DNA of 64,000 bases, taken from the NCBI GenBank assembly GCA_964106915.2, contig OZ066915.1; one strand, written 5' to 3'. Below the pieces are notes generated by a model. The model did not search any database and was not told the origin of the DNA. It saw nothing but the letters and a program-made list of their open reading frames with translations. Within the stretch, counting starts at the first letter, position 1. Each line of letters starts with the position of its first letter. The translations under genes and the position numbers were made by a program. Positions 1 to 40,000 of the stretch are shown piece by piece. This stretch comes from Podarcis gaigeae. Lineage: Eukaryota.

Positions 1-190
1 CATGTAGACCAATCCCTTAGAATTTAAATGCAGGATAAACATTAAGAAATAAATCCATACATTTCTGTCACCATGGGGAAGGAACATCAAGAAACAGGGG
101 GAAAAGAAATCATAACAATCTAGGCCATATAAATTATGCTTTTACCCCGTTCTTGAACAGCTATTACATATTTTAAAAAATTGTTTGCAG

Positions 191-27986
<27,796 letters not shown>

Positions 27987-29110
27987 GAACTGGTGATTCC
28001 AAACACCCCCCCTCTGGAGTCATTTTTTTGCTCACAGTATAGAAGGGGAGCGCACATACCTGCCTGTGCAGGAGCCAAACGCTTCTCGCTAAGAAATGCC
28101 ATGGCATTCATTACACTCTCCAGCCACCGTCTTCTATGCTGCCTCAATACTAAGGAAACTAAAGGAAGGTCACTATAACATGCAAAGTTTCCCACCTAAT
28201 GAAAGGTGCTGTGTTCCTTTCCTGTGGCCTTTTGCAAATTTAAATTGTATGGAAACCATGTGGTGTTCCTGCCTATTATGAATAGAACGTGTGAACCTTT
28301 TTCATGCCTAGTTAGTCTTTCCAAGAAGTTAGAAAGAATGATGTGAAGATGGACATTCTCTTGCAGACTTAAGTAGCCAACTCTGAAAGAGTGCGATCAC
28401 CAGGAGCCCAGCTGCTGAAGCAGGTCCTCCTGAGTCTGACACAGGCCAAGGAAAGAAAGATGTTCTTCATGCTCCCTTTTTAAGAGTTTGCTATACACTG
28501 TAGAATCGCAGAGAGAAACCACTTTTTCCCTGATGGCTCCAGGATTTAAAAATGTGTATTTAGTGAAAAACTAGGTTTGTAGTGAAACAGTATTTCATGA
28601 AAGTAGATATTTTTAGAATTTGAAATACCACAACTGTTCCTGGGTTACAAGGAAAGGCACATTGTGTTTAGTCTTCCTTTCAGTAAAACCTTTCAAGAAA
28701 TGATTCTTAGAAATAAATCCAAAATAGCACAATTGACCAGAGGAGAGCTAAAAGAAATTGACTTCCAACACCAGTTTCCACAAATGCAAGGGGGGGGGGG
28801 GAGAACTTTTATGTTTTGGAGATGTTGTACATCTCTCCCTAAACTGGCAAACCAGGTAATAGTTCACCAGTTGTCAGTTCTAGATTGGGACTTATACTTC
28901 CCAGAGCTAATTTTCAATATCAACTTTGTCCAGAAATATTTTCAGTAAAATGTTCCTGCTTGATAGAGTTGTATTCAGAATTGTCACCATTGAACTGATG
29001 GATTCCATTGTTTGACTGTACATTGGGACTATATCTACCTTCTATCCAGCTGTACTGTAGTGCCACCTGCAGGCCTGTTAATATGTTCACGGTTATTTCA
29101 TTTTTTAAAA

Positions 29111-29116
29111 AATAAA
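29111..29116 (+). terminator. Probable KDM3B polyadenylation signal (3'UTR about 27987-29135)
   Basis: AATAAA about 1.1 kb after the stop codon, preceded by a U-rich tract. Confidence 0.7.
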
Positions 29117-30030
29117 AGTCATTTACTGTAGAATCTTCTTTAAACCTACACTGAATCTGTGCAAGAGGAATTGTGGGTGGGGCTAAAGAAGTGCCTTTGC
29201 TTCTGAGCTCCCACTCCTCTCCCATAACTCTGAGAGCTGCATTCATGCATATTTTTCAGAGGCAACTTCCAAGGTTTGCTGCACCGTTTCCCTTCAGTAC
29301 ATAGTAATAATGACCTTTTTTCAGGAGGCAGCAAAACTGCAACATGGTTTCAGCAGTGAACAAGTCAAGCAATCCCATGTGTATTTTATTTCTCTCATAG
29401 GTATGATGTGGTCAAACTTGACCCATGAAACACTCCGGCATAACACAGACTCCACTCCTCAATTCAGAACAGGCTAAACCCTGTAAGAGTTACTATGGGA
29501 GAGCAAAAATGTCATAGTTGTGATCACTTAGAAGAAACCAAGATGTAGCCAACATTGGGTTTTCCACTTATCTACACCACTCAAACTGGGATAAAGTCTC
29601 TGTGTGCTTACTCTCTCAGCTATTTATCTGAATTGCAAAGCCCCTTCAAAATGCCTTCAGTTTTCCCTTCACCCACCAGCAAAATGTTCCTCATCCATTT
29701 ACAGCTATATCGTAATTTCGTTGGCAATCTCACTTGAAATCTGCCTCATGCAACCAACGTTGGATACCCAGGTTTGGGCAGCTGGAGCATACTTGGGCTC
29801 CCATACTGTGTTGGTGCAAGGCCAGAATCAGTGCCATGACATGCAGCTCTGGTCACATCTCTCCACATCTGTTGGGTGACTGAGGGGTAAAATAGCCACC
29901 CCCCAGAGATCTATTCCCTCATCTCTGCATGCATACTCCCCAACAATTCTAGTTCATCAGCACTGACCACATAGGACAGCAGCTGAAATTCCTCACTATA
30001 TATTCCAGACTGTCAACATGGCCTCATCAT

Positions 30031-30228
30031 TAGAACTTAAGAGGCCTGCTGAATCAGACCAAAGGCCCGTCTTGCCCTGCATTCTGTGGCCAGCCTGGCC
30101 TATGGGAAGCCCACAAGCAGGGCATGAGCAAAACCACACACTCCAGCTCATGATCCTCAGCAGCTGGTATTCAGACATAACATGTCTATGATAGCTGAAG
30201 TTAATACCACCATCATAACTACTAGCAA
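30031..30228 (-). mobile_element. CR1 LINE 3' fragment
   Basis: agaacttaagaggcctgctgaatcagaccaaaggcccgtc..., same family as 12431. Confidence 0.65.
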
Positions 30229-32939
30229 TTTGTTTGTCTCATTTGGCCAACATTACTGTACTGGTTTTGGTGGGTGACATTAATGGTACTTCCTTTTCTG
30301 TAGCCTCCAGTAATTCCCTCAGAGCAGGATAATCTTCTCAAGCAGGAGTTGATGCCTTCCAAACTACACATTTTATCATGGCTGCCAAGCATCTAAGCCT
30401 CAGGACAAAAAATGCTAGTGGAAATCACAGCAATGATTTGAATTGCAAACCCATATTTTATTTGTGGTGGTTTCAAGATGTCCTGGATTTTCACTTCTCT
30501 CATCTGTGCTCCAGTGACTAAGTATTAAAAATATTGCTATGTTGCACTGTATTTCATAGGGTTTTTAATGGGAAATCTCAGCTACTGCTTAGATTCTGAA
30601 CAATTAGGAAATAAACTTGAGTGTGTATAGTATTTGTATCCTAAGTCATGCAATTGCTACTACTAAAAACATATAGCAGCAATACTAGAGGAGCATGTAA
30701 CATGCCCTCTCCAAGTTGTAGAAGAAACCAAAGCAATAAAATTAAGATCCCTGACCTTCTTAGCACTGTTGAATTCCACCTGTTTGGGTGATAGTCAACC
30801 AAAATTTGCTGACTAGACCTATTAAAATTAATGAATGTTGTTTTATAGTGTGTCTGAACCTTTTGCTGGAGTTGTAATATTTATTTATGAATATGTGTTT
30901 AGCCTTAACCTTATGCCCCAAGAAGTTCACATGCAAAAGGAATAAAGAAAGATTGATTAACTTGAATATATGTGGCAAAATATATGGATGCGGCTTAACA
31001 AATACAAGCTGGTTGCAAATTGTACAACACAAACATACCTTGGTCTAAAGAGCAAAGAAAGATCCCTATCAAAAGCTCAAAGAGAAATTAAGTGTGACAT
31101 TTGTCACAGTACCCACACTAAAGCAAAGAAAGGGAGGGAGAATGGTGTCCTGAAGCAAAGCATAGTGTCAGGCTGGTCCTTGAGATTAGTGTGAAAACGG
31201 GTCCATGAAAGCAAACCAGTCACTGAACATCTGGAGTTTTGGTATTATTCTGAGCCAATGCTAGGCTATGGAGAGGGGAGGGGGTCTTTGGGATTAGTGA
31301 TTTGTCATAACACCTATATTCCATTGTTACATTATTTCCTATTAAGTTCCTGTCTGTTCCTCATTTTGTTTATTTTGCTCATTTGGTACTGAGAAATTAC
31401 TATATTTGTTTCCAGAGTCTTAAGGTTTTCTTAAAGTGAAACCCATTCTTTTTACAGGAGATGTTAAAGTTTGCTGGTAACACCAGATTACTGTGCTGAA
31501 CTTTATGTAAAGTATTAGGAGCCCAGGAACATATTTCTGGGACATATTTGAGACAGTAACTGGACCAGGGTCAAGGAAGTTCATTTAGGAGTATATTTTA
31601 TATAAAGTTTATGCCAACTATTCCAGTGCCATGATCTAAAAAGTTCAGATTGGCACACACCATTACAACATAACTTAGTTCATTAATTCAGTGGGTCTAC
31701 TCTGAGTAAAACTTAGTTGAATAGCACCCTTTGTCCTCTTTCATTGTTCTTCCTAGATGTGCTGGCCAGCAATTACAAAATTTTTGCTGAATAATCCATT
31801 CAGGAGGCATTAAGCAGGCCAGCCATGGGTAACTGTTAATCATTTCATCATGGGAGCACATCAAAATACTGTGGCTTACAGTTCTCCTTTCACATCCTCA
31901 TTCTTGTGCAGTGAAATGCTTTAGCCAGCCAACTGGCTGCTGAAATGCTTTGAAGGTTTCAGTGAACTCCCTTTCCCTTTTTGGCCTTTTGATAGGCACT
32001 TTCCAGCTCTTCCTTTCCTTCTTTCTTATGGCTTATTCAGCCACTGGGGGGCCAGCTAAAAGTAGTAAAGGTTTCAGTGTCATTTTTTAGTACATGGCAA
32101 AACAGAGTGATTGACTGACCAAGCTATATGCGACACAACTTTACATCTGAGGTTGTGGTAGAACATTTGAAAAGCGCAGACTCCAGTGAGCCTTTTCCTT
32201 TTTTACACTTTCACCAATTATCCATTAAATATATATGCTAAAAACATTTTAAGAAGAATGGCAAGGCCACTGAGAACGCATGTACATTTTAACTTTCTTG
32301 GATGTCAGAAAATTGTAAAACAAAAGAAAATAGGGTTATCTTTTAAACTGGTATCTTATTCGTTGTAGTGCTTTGTTTATTAAGGGGGTTTAAAAAAGAC
32401 TCACTAGAACAGTGGGATGTGTCTTAAATACTGGAAACGGAAGAACAAGCCAGTTTAAGATAATTTGATTTAATTACATGATCTAAACTACAAGAGGTAT
32501 TCAATCTCAATTCTGATGGAAACGCTGAGGGGATTGGGTGAGAAAGATGGAGTTTTGCTTGCTTTCTGGAAGGAAGCAGGGGTGCAAAAACACCTTGAGT
32601 GCCCCTTTCCAGGGCCTTTGCGGAGAGGGCCACCTGATAAGCATGGGGTAGCTGCTGCCTGAGACACCGATGAGAGCTGTTGGCAGAGGCCCAGACTGGT
32701 GTTTCCTCCACATCCTCAGCCCGGTCCTGAACAAAACCCCAAGGATTTTAGGGATTCGCGATGGATAACTCCGTCAAATCGAACAGCACCTGCAAGAGAG
32801 CCCCCCGCCCACACCAATATCCATTGTCTACTTCTATGGCGGGGGGAGCCTTTCGGTTATTTCCCGGCCTTGCCCTTTAACGGTTTATTATAACAAACCT
32901 GGAGGCTCTTCTTGCACACGAATATTTGAAATACGCAAC

Positions 32940-34020
32940 TGGCTGGCTGGGGCCTGAGGCTGCCTATTCCAGTTGCGGCGTTGCAAACCAAGCAGGCGGG
33001 CTGCCACCTGAACCCCGTTTCCCCGAGAGTAAGCCGCACTGAACTCAACAGGACTTACTTCTGAGGAGGCGTGGGAAGGACTGCGCTGCAAGCCCTCTAA
33101 AGCGCTGGTCCAGAGACGAGCGCTATTGCGGGGCTGGCTCTGCCTTCTAGGGCGGGGAGCGTGTCGCTTGACGCGGGGCCTGGCGGAGGCGCCGGACCTG
33201 CTGCTCTGCCACGGAGAGATGACGCGAAGGCCCAGCAGCAGCAGCAACCGCCGCACTGACAACAAGCCCACCGCCATGCGCCCGCTGCTCTTTTTCCCTC
33301 CGACAGGCGCCGCTGGCTCCTCCCCTTTAAGGAGCCGGGGCGGGGCCGCGCTTGCTGCAGGAACCTGCCCTTTAACAGCGCTCTCTCCTTTCCTCGCTGG
33401 TGCCGCTGCCGAAAGCCAGCTCGCCAGTCCCCGCCGGCCCCCGGAGGAGCCTTGGCCTCGCCATGGTGTCTTGGATCATCTCCCGGCTGGTGGTGTAAGC
33501 GCGCGGCGACGGCGGCGGCAGGAGGAGGGGGACGACGACGACGGGGAGGCCCTCCTCGCCCGTTGCTAGGCAACGGGAAGAAGATGGGGACGGGGGTCGT
33601 CTGGACGGGCGGCTCTCCGGAATTCCACCCCGCCCGGTGGTGCCCGCTGCGCCCAGCCCTTTTCTCGGCTCCTCCACTCCTCTGGCTCTCGGGGGCTCCT
33701 GAGGTGGACGCCCCCCCCCCGGCCCCTGCTGCTACCCCGCCCAGCTTAGCCCTGACCCTGACAGGTGACAAGAGCGAGCCCAGGGGCGTCGCCTGGACAC
33801 CGCGGGGCTAACCCCCCCCCCCGCTTATTAAGCTGCTGTCCGTTTAACGGCCTCTGGGCGCCACCACCTGAGGGCTGCAGGTAGGGCGCCCAGCGCCTCT
33901 GACGCTCTGCCAGCCTTGCAGCGGCTGCGCTAGGCCTTCTCTGCGCTGGCAGCGGAAGGGGGGAAGAGGGTGGATGGGCGGGCTAGCAGGGACCGGGGCT
34001 TCTCCGGCCTGGAGCCGACT
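32940..34020. promoter_or_regulatory. CpG island / REEP2 promoter and exon 1
   Basis: Sharp rise in GC and CpG density; GC boxes GGGCGGGG 33150-33157 and GGGGCGGGGC 33337-33346; spans the REEP2 ATG. Confidence 0.88.
33463..33494 (+). CDS. REEP2: REEP2 exon 1 coding part ([11 protein letters not shown])
   Basis: Kozak gccATGG; GT|GTAAGC donor; 32 nt. Confidence 0.96.
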
Positions 34021-37000
34021 CTAAGCTGAATGAATAATCTCATGAGGTTTTTCTTCTTCCTTTCTCTTTTCTGATTAAATAATAATAACAACAACCTCTT
34101 GTTCCAGGCTGGTTTTCGGCACCTTGTACCCAGCATACTCCTCTTACAAAGCTGTGAAGACGAAAAATGTGAAGGAATATGTAAGTGTGAGGCAATGAAC
34201 CATACGCTTGGTTTAACATCAACCCTTACTGTAGCTTGTCTCCTGGTGGTGTGAAGATACTAGCGACATAGCTTGTTCAAGCAGGAAATTGGAATTGTAC
34301 TGCAAAACGATGCTACAGTCCATGTCACCCTGTTACACAACACTGAATAGTTCATCTGAGCATTTTCTTCCTTATTTGAGTAAATAATGGTGGAATAGAG
34401 CTGAAATACCCATTGTGCTCAGTTTCGGTTTTAAAATTACATTATAGACCCATTTAAGCACCAAGTGACAGAAACTTCAAATGTGAAAATTCCTGAGGTG
34501 TCTTCACAATTGACTTAAATACTTTTTTTAGCACCTACATATCCGTGATGTCACTTCACCACAGCTCCAACTAATTTGCATTACCTCTTTGCTTTATTCT
34601 GCAGTAAAGGTTACAGCTAGTGCAGCCCACTTGCCTAGTCTGTAGCATGTGCTTCATAAATGGCAAAATCCACTTTCTGTTTGGGTTTTAGTCAATTTAA
34701 ATCAGATGGTTGCACATTTTTGCACATTACAAACTATGCTTCTATCACTTGCGTGTTTGCACAAAGTGTGAAAAGTGTCATTTTAGTGCCATTTGTGAAA
34801 ATGCAAGTGTTTCTTATTGCCACTTTCTATTTGCTGCAGTTTCCCTGACATTGCTATCTATAATACTGTGGCATTTTCAAGAGTAATACTAAGAATTCTT
34901 CTTAGTATGAGATGTGCTTCTTCGGAAAGTTGTTGTAAAACTGAAAGCAGCAAAGAGGCATTTTAAATCCAGAATAGATTATTTGTTTTTAAAACGTAGG
35001 CCCTTCCTTTTAAAATGTGGGACCAAAGACCATCCTTACCCATTACTTGTGAAAATCCTACCATAATGAATTTAGGATACAGTGCAGCTCAAGCAAAATG
35101 ATGTACATATGTATAGTTGTTAAATGGGCAAGATATATATAGTTGAAAATAATTCAAGAGGGAGTGAATTTAGTCCAAGGGGCAATGCTGCTTCATTTAC
35201 TTATTTACCACATTTTGTTGCTCTGTGATTCAATTATGAAATGAAGAAAATTTCTTTTTTAACTTCTATGACTTTGTTACTAAAGTTCAGTTGTGGGGAA
35301 ATTAACATATTGATTGCATTTGAAAATGCATACTAGGAATGCTTCTGAAGCAGTTTAAGAAAGAAAACCCCTCTTTGGTTTGTGTTCTAGTTTTGCAGAA
35401 TATTTGAGTTAGATGGCTTTTTAAAGCATTAGACAAATTCCTGAAGGAAAATAATTCTGTGGCTATTAGCAAATGTACTGTGGTAGGGGCCGAGCAGTCT
35501 TCAGCCCCCCAGTTTTTCAAGAAGGGGGCTGGGCTCCCCCCAAATCCAGTGGCCTGCTCTGCCACCTCCACCCCACCTATGTCGTGAAACCCTGCTGATG
35601 TCATGTGGGGATGAGGAGGCTGAGCGGGGAGCCTGGCGGCCCCACTCTGCCTCCTCCTCCCTGACCAATGTTGTGCAGGGAGGAGGAGGCCAACCACATT
35701 CCCCATTCCCCACCCGGCACACAAGCGACGGCATCACAGTGAGCGGGACACGTCACATGCCATGTAACATGATGCCTCACATGATGCACCTCCGCAATGT
35801 GGGGGGCAAGTGAGTGCCCTTGGCTGCTAGCCATGATAACTAAATGGAACATTCATGTGTCTGAATATCAGTTGCTTAGAATCAAATGACATAGAAGGAC
35901 TATTGCCTTCATGCGCTGTTTGTGGGTCTTCCAGTAGCACCTGGCAGAACATTGTTAGAAATGGGGTACTAGACTAGAATGGAGACTGTCGGATCCAGCA
36001 ACTTATGTTTGCTCCACCACTTTGGCAAAAAAGGGAGGTTTAACATAAGCCTTCTGTTTCAGAGATCCATGGTGAGATTCTTCAGCAGAGATCTCACTAT
36101 TAATTGTTTTAATGTAGCAGATATTACAGAATCCCATAGTGAGCATAGCATATAGGCTTTGTAACCTTTCTCTACTTCTTACAGCCCCTTGCTTGCCTGC
36201 CTCCAGGGAGTGTGCCGAGCAAGCGCCAGCCAAACAGTCATTCAGCAAGAGGGCCCGGGACACGGCAGCAAGGCCAGCCTGGGCTCTGGGGCCCAGAAAC
36301 CCCAGCGGGGCTTTTATTAGTTAGGGAGGGCAAAAGTTGAACATACATGTGGTAGGCCTCACTCCTCCAAGATTTCGTCCCACATCCATGGATTGCAGAT
36401 GTATCCAAAATAACTGGAGGTGTGAAAGGTACATCTGGCTCTGCCCTTATTATGATACCCAATTTGGAATGGATGTGAGTAGTTTTTTTCTGTGAAGTGT
36501 TCAGTGAACGGATCACAGTGAAATAGTTGAGTGGTCCTCCCCCGCCTTTAAGGCCAAACATTGATCACTAGAAGAGTTTCATTGGACAACTGAGTAGATT
36601 CAATGGTGGCAGAAAAGTCTGACTTATTTGCTGCCATCACCACCAGGGTGATGAAAGTGAGCTCTAGCCTGTGTGATCACATTTGTCATGAGTCTCCCGC
36701 TATTGTCATTCCAGTTGTTGCCCATGTTGTTTTATTGCCTTAAGTTTCCCAGACCCATTAGGGAGAAAATTTGGCTCTCTGCTGCGTTCCATGATTCATG
36801 CACAGTGATGACCTGCAAATACAAGTTCAGGGATTCGAACAGCCTTGGTCCCAAATAAATAATTTTTGTTGTAACTATTATTATAAGTTGGCAGCCCTTC
36901 CCCAACCGCTACTAAATCCCAGTCTCCCTTGCTCACCCCTATTCAAGGTTGCATGGTCAGTTATTGAGGGGCTACACGGAGAGCAGATAATCTTGACCAT

Positions 37001-40000
37001 TGTCCTGCATGAGTTGTATGTACCCTAAAATACCCCATCACTTCTGTGTAGCTGTGCACTGAAAGGCAAATCTGTTAACAGCAAGCAAGCTGTTTTTTTA
37101 CTTTGTCTGCCATTACTGATCATTTTGTTGAGGAACCCCTGATAATATGAGGAATGCTGAGGAATACAATTCGAAGGAAAGTACTTTAAAATAGCAGCTA
37201 TACTTGGATTTGGTGTCTCTGGCATTAGTTGGTATTAGCTGAAAATACATGTTAGTGTCAGTGGGAAAAGGCTCTTTGGATATCCTCAAGCTTTAGTAAG
37301 AATAAAAAAAGAGCATCAAAAAATATTTTTCAAAAGATTAGTAATAGGGATGCCAAATGTCTGGGCTTTCCTGGACACATCTGGGAATTGCTCAGAAAAA
37401 ATGGCATCCAGGCATATTTTTGCTAAATTGGCAAAATGTCAAGGAAAACCAGGATGTATGGTAAATTTGGGCTGTTTTTATTTTTTTAAATGTTCCTATA
37501 AAAGGCTCAACAACTCCATCTGGATTTTCACTTTGGGGAATATGGCATGGGCAACCCTAATTAATAAAGGGTAGACGGTATGAAATCTAAAAAGAAATAT
37601 TGTTCATAACCATAATACAGAGTGAAGTGGCTAAAATTGGACACTTTCAGATTTCATCGTAGTATAGAAGTGTGAGTCACCCAGGTATTTGGAAGGAATT
37701 GCAAGTTCAAAGTTACTGTTTAAGAACAAGCTGCTTTTCAGGAGCTTTTGTTGTTGAAAGCCAACACCAATTTCAGTGGCAATATTTTTTTACATAATGC
37801 CTTGTAGTTAAGGAACAGCAGGGGGAGCCAGCTTCTTTTTCTAGTGTGGAACAGGCTTGTTAAATTGTTCAGACAGATGAGGGCATAACCTTGGCTGCCA
37901 AAATATTCGTAACAGTATTAAACTTTACTGTAGCAAAATTGACATGCTGTTCTAAAGGTCAACTCCTCCTTTTTGGTGTGGGGATACATTGCATTGTTTA
38001 TACTATTATCCTTGTAATCTGCTTTGATATTGGTAGTCCATCTTATAATTAGGTTGTTCTGGTCACCCCCAACTTTTTTTTGCTGAGAATTGTTGATTTG
38101 TGGGTAGCAACATTATTTACTCATAAAATGTATCTCTCAGTTTCCTGTGTTGTCTCTCATCCTGGAAATGGTTAAGACTTCCTAGTGAAGATCAGACTTG
38201 TGCACAGCACAACCAAAGCAGGAGAACAAGGGATAGGAAAATCAGACATGAAAGACTGGCCAGGTCACACATTGTGGTAAACTATAGTTAATAATTTACC
38301 ATGAACATGCCAAGCAGGGCTGTTTTGCTCCTCCTGGCACATTATACAAACCATTATATTTAGATGAGTCTTTAATCATGGTTTGTTCTATTCTATTAAA
38401 CCATGATCAGTAAGCCATGAACAAACCTTAGTTGCAAACTGTGGCCCGTTGGAGTTAAACAAAGCACAATGTATGTGTCAGACACAATGGAAAGCTAGGA
38501 GTTGTTGTTTGTTTGTTGCTTGCGTGAGTCAAGAAGAGTGAAGTAGGAGTAATACAATTCTGCATGATAAGTCATCACCATGATGTGCAAACAAGGTCTC
38601 TATTCTCAAGCACCAGTTGTAAATAGGATGTGCAAGGTTTTAATTCCTTTGTGAGGTTAGCGCAATCTGGTAAAGAGGGATGGTTGTTCAGAATCTGTTA
38701 CAACTGCCCAGGTTCCTTGATGGTGTCAGTGCAGATGTTAGAGGAGAAATGTGCATTACACTGTGAACAGGACCGTTGAACTATATATATCTTAGATCTG
38801 CACAAATTGTTCACGAAAGTGCAAAAATTCCAGGTCATTTGAATTAACGAGAAGGCTGTACACATGGCCAAGTAATAATAAGACTTAAGTGTGGTGAAAA
38901 GCTATAGGTGTCTGAAAATTATTGGCGGGCAAACCTTAAAGCAGAATTTCTGTTTTTGGAACTTACCTTGATGTCTCTGCTACTAGACACTGTTGAAAAG
39001 AGAGACCAACTGTTTGAAACCCAGAATTGCTGACATTTGGACATGGGTATAATTATAATGAACTGCTTCAAAATGACAAGATTTGGCATGAGTCAGGAAT
39101 TTGTTTTAAGTAGGTTGCAGCTTTCAACTGATATGTAATGGTGCTGGCTGTCTTGCAGGTCAAATGGATGATGTATTGGATTGTGTTTGCTTTCTTCACC
39201 ACAGCAGAGACACTCACAGACATCATTCTCTCTTGGTAAGTACCCTGCCACACTTAGGAAGTAAGCGGGGGGTGGGGGGACTACTGGATACTTCAATTCT
39301 TTTTCAGTTATCCATCTAGAATTGGTTGCTGTGAGGCAATTTGGTAAAATATTCAGCTTCCCTGTAGTTATCCTGTTCTTGAGAAAAACAAACATAGTGT
39401 TGTTCAGGTTTATTATTTGAATGTTCTGTAGTAAACCATATACACAATGACTGAAAGTTGTGTTGTTGGCAAAAATGTGTAGTTGTTTTGCTTGTCCTCC
39501 CAACCTAGAAAAAAAAGATATAGGGTCTTCTAGAGCAGGGGTCAGCAACCTAAGGCCCATGGGCTGGTAGCAGCCCACGAGGCTTGTCTAACCAGCCCAT
39601 GGCGACCCCTGCCGCCCTCCGCCTTAACAGCGTGGTGCAGCGCAGGGACCGACTTCTGGGTTGATGGCGCATGCGCATGGGAGCTCCTCCGACCTGGATG
39701 TGCACCGGAAATAGCGTGTGCGCACTCGTGTGGGATGGAGAAGTGCCTGTGTGCATGCACCCACACTATTTCCGGCGCACTTCCGGGTCGGGAGAGCACC
39801 GGAAATAGCGTGTGTGCACAGGCACTCCTCTGACCCAGAAGAGCGTGCGTGCACACATGCTCCGGCCCATCCTCTGATTAAGGTTGCCAACCTCTGTTCT
39901 AGAGAGCAAAAAATGAATGAAGAATGGGATTCTAGTTTTATGAATCTGATTTGTGGAGTGTGAGGGAGAGAAGCTGAAACCTAATGGAAACTATAGGGAT

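Noticed and set aside
33097-33771. 224-aa minus-strand ORF and neighbouring ORFs in the CpG island
   Set aside because: Low-complexity Gly/Arg/Pro/Ala frames expected from stop-codon scarcity in GC-rich DNA.
33832-33842. RE1 right half-site (also GGACAGCACC at 48568-48577)
   Set aside because: No matching left half nearby; isolated half-sites are expected by chance.
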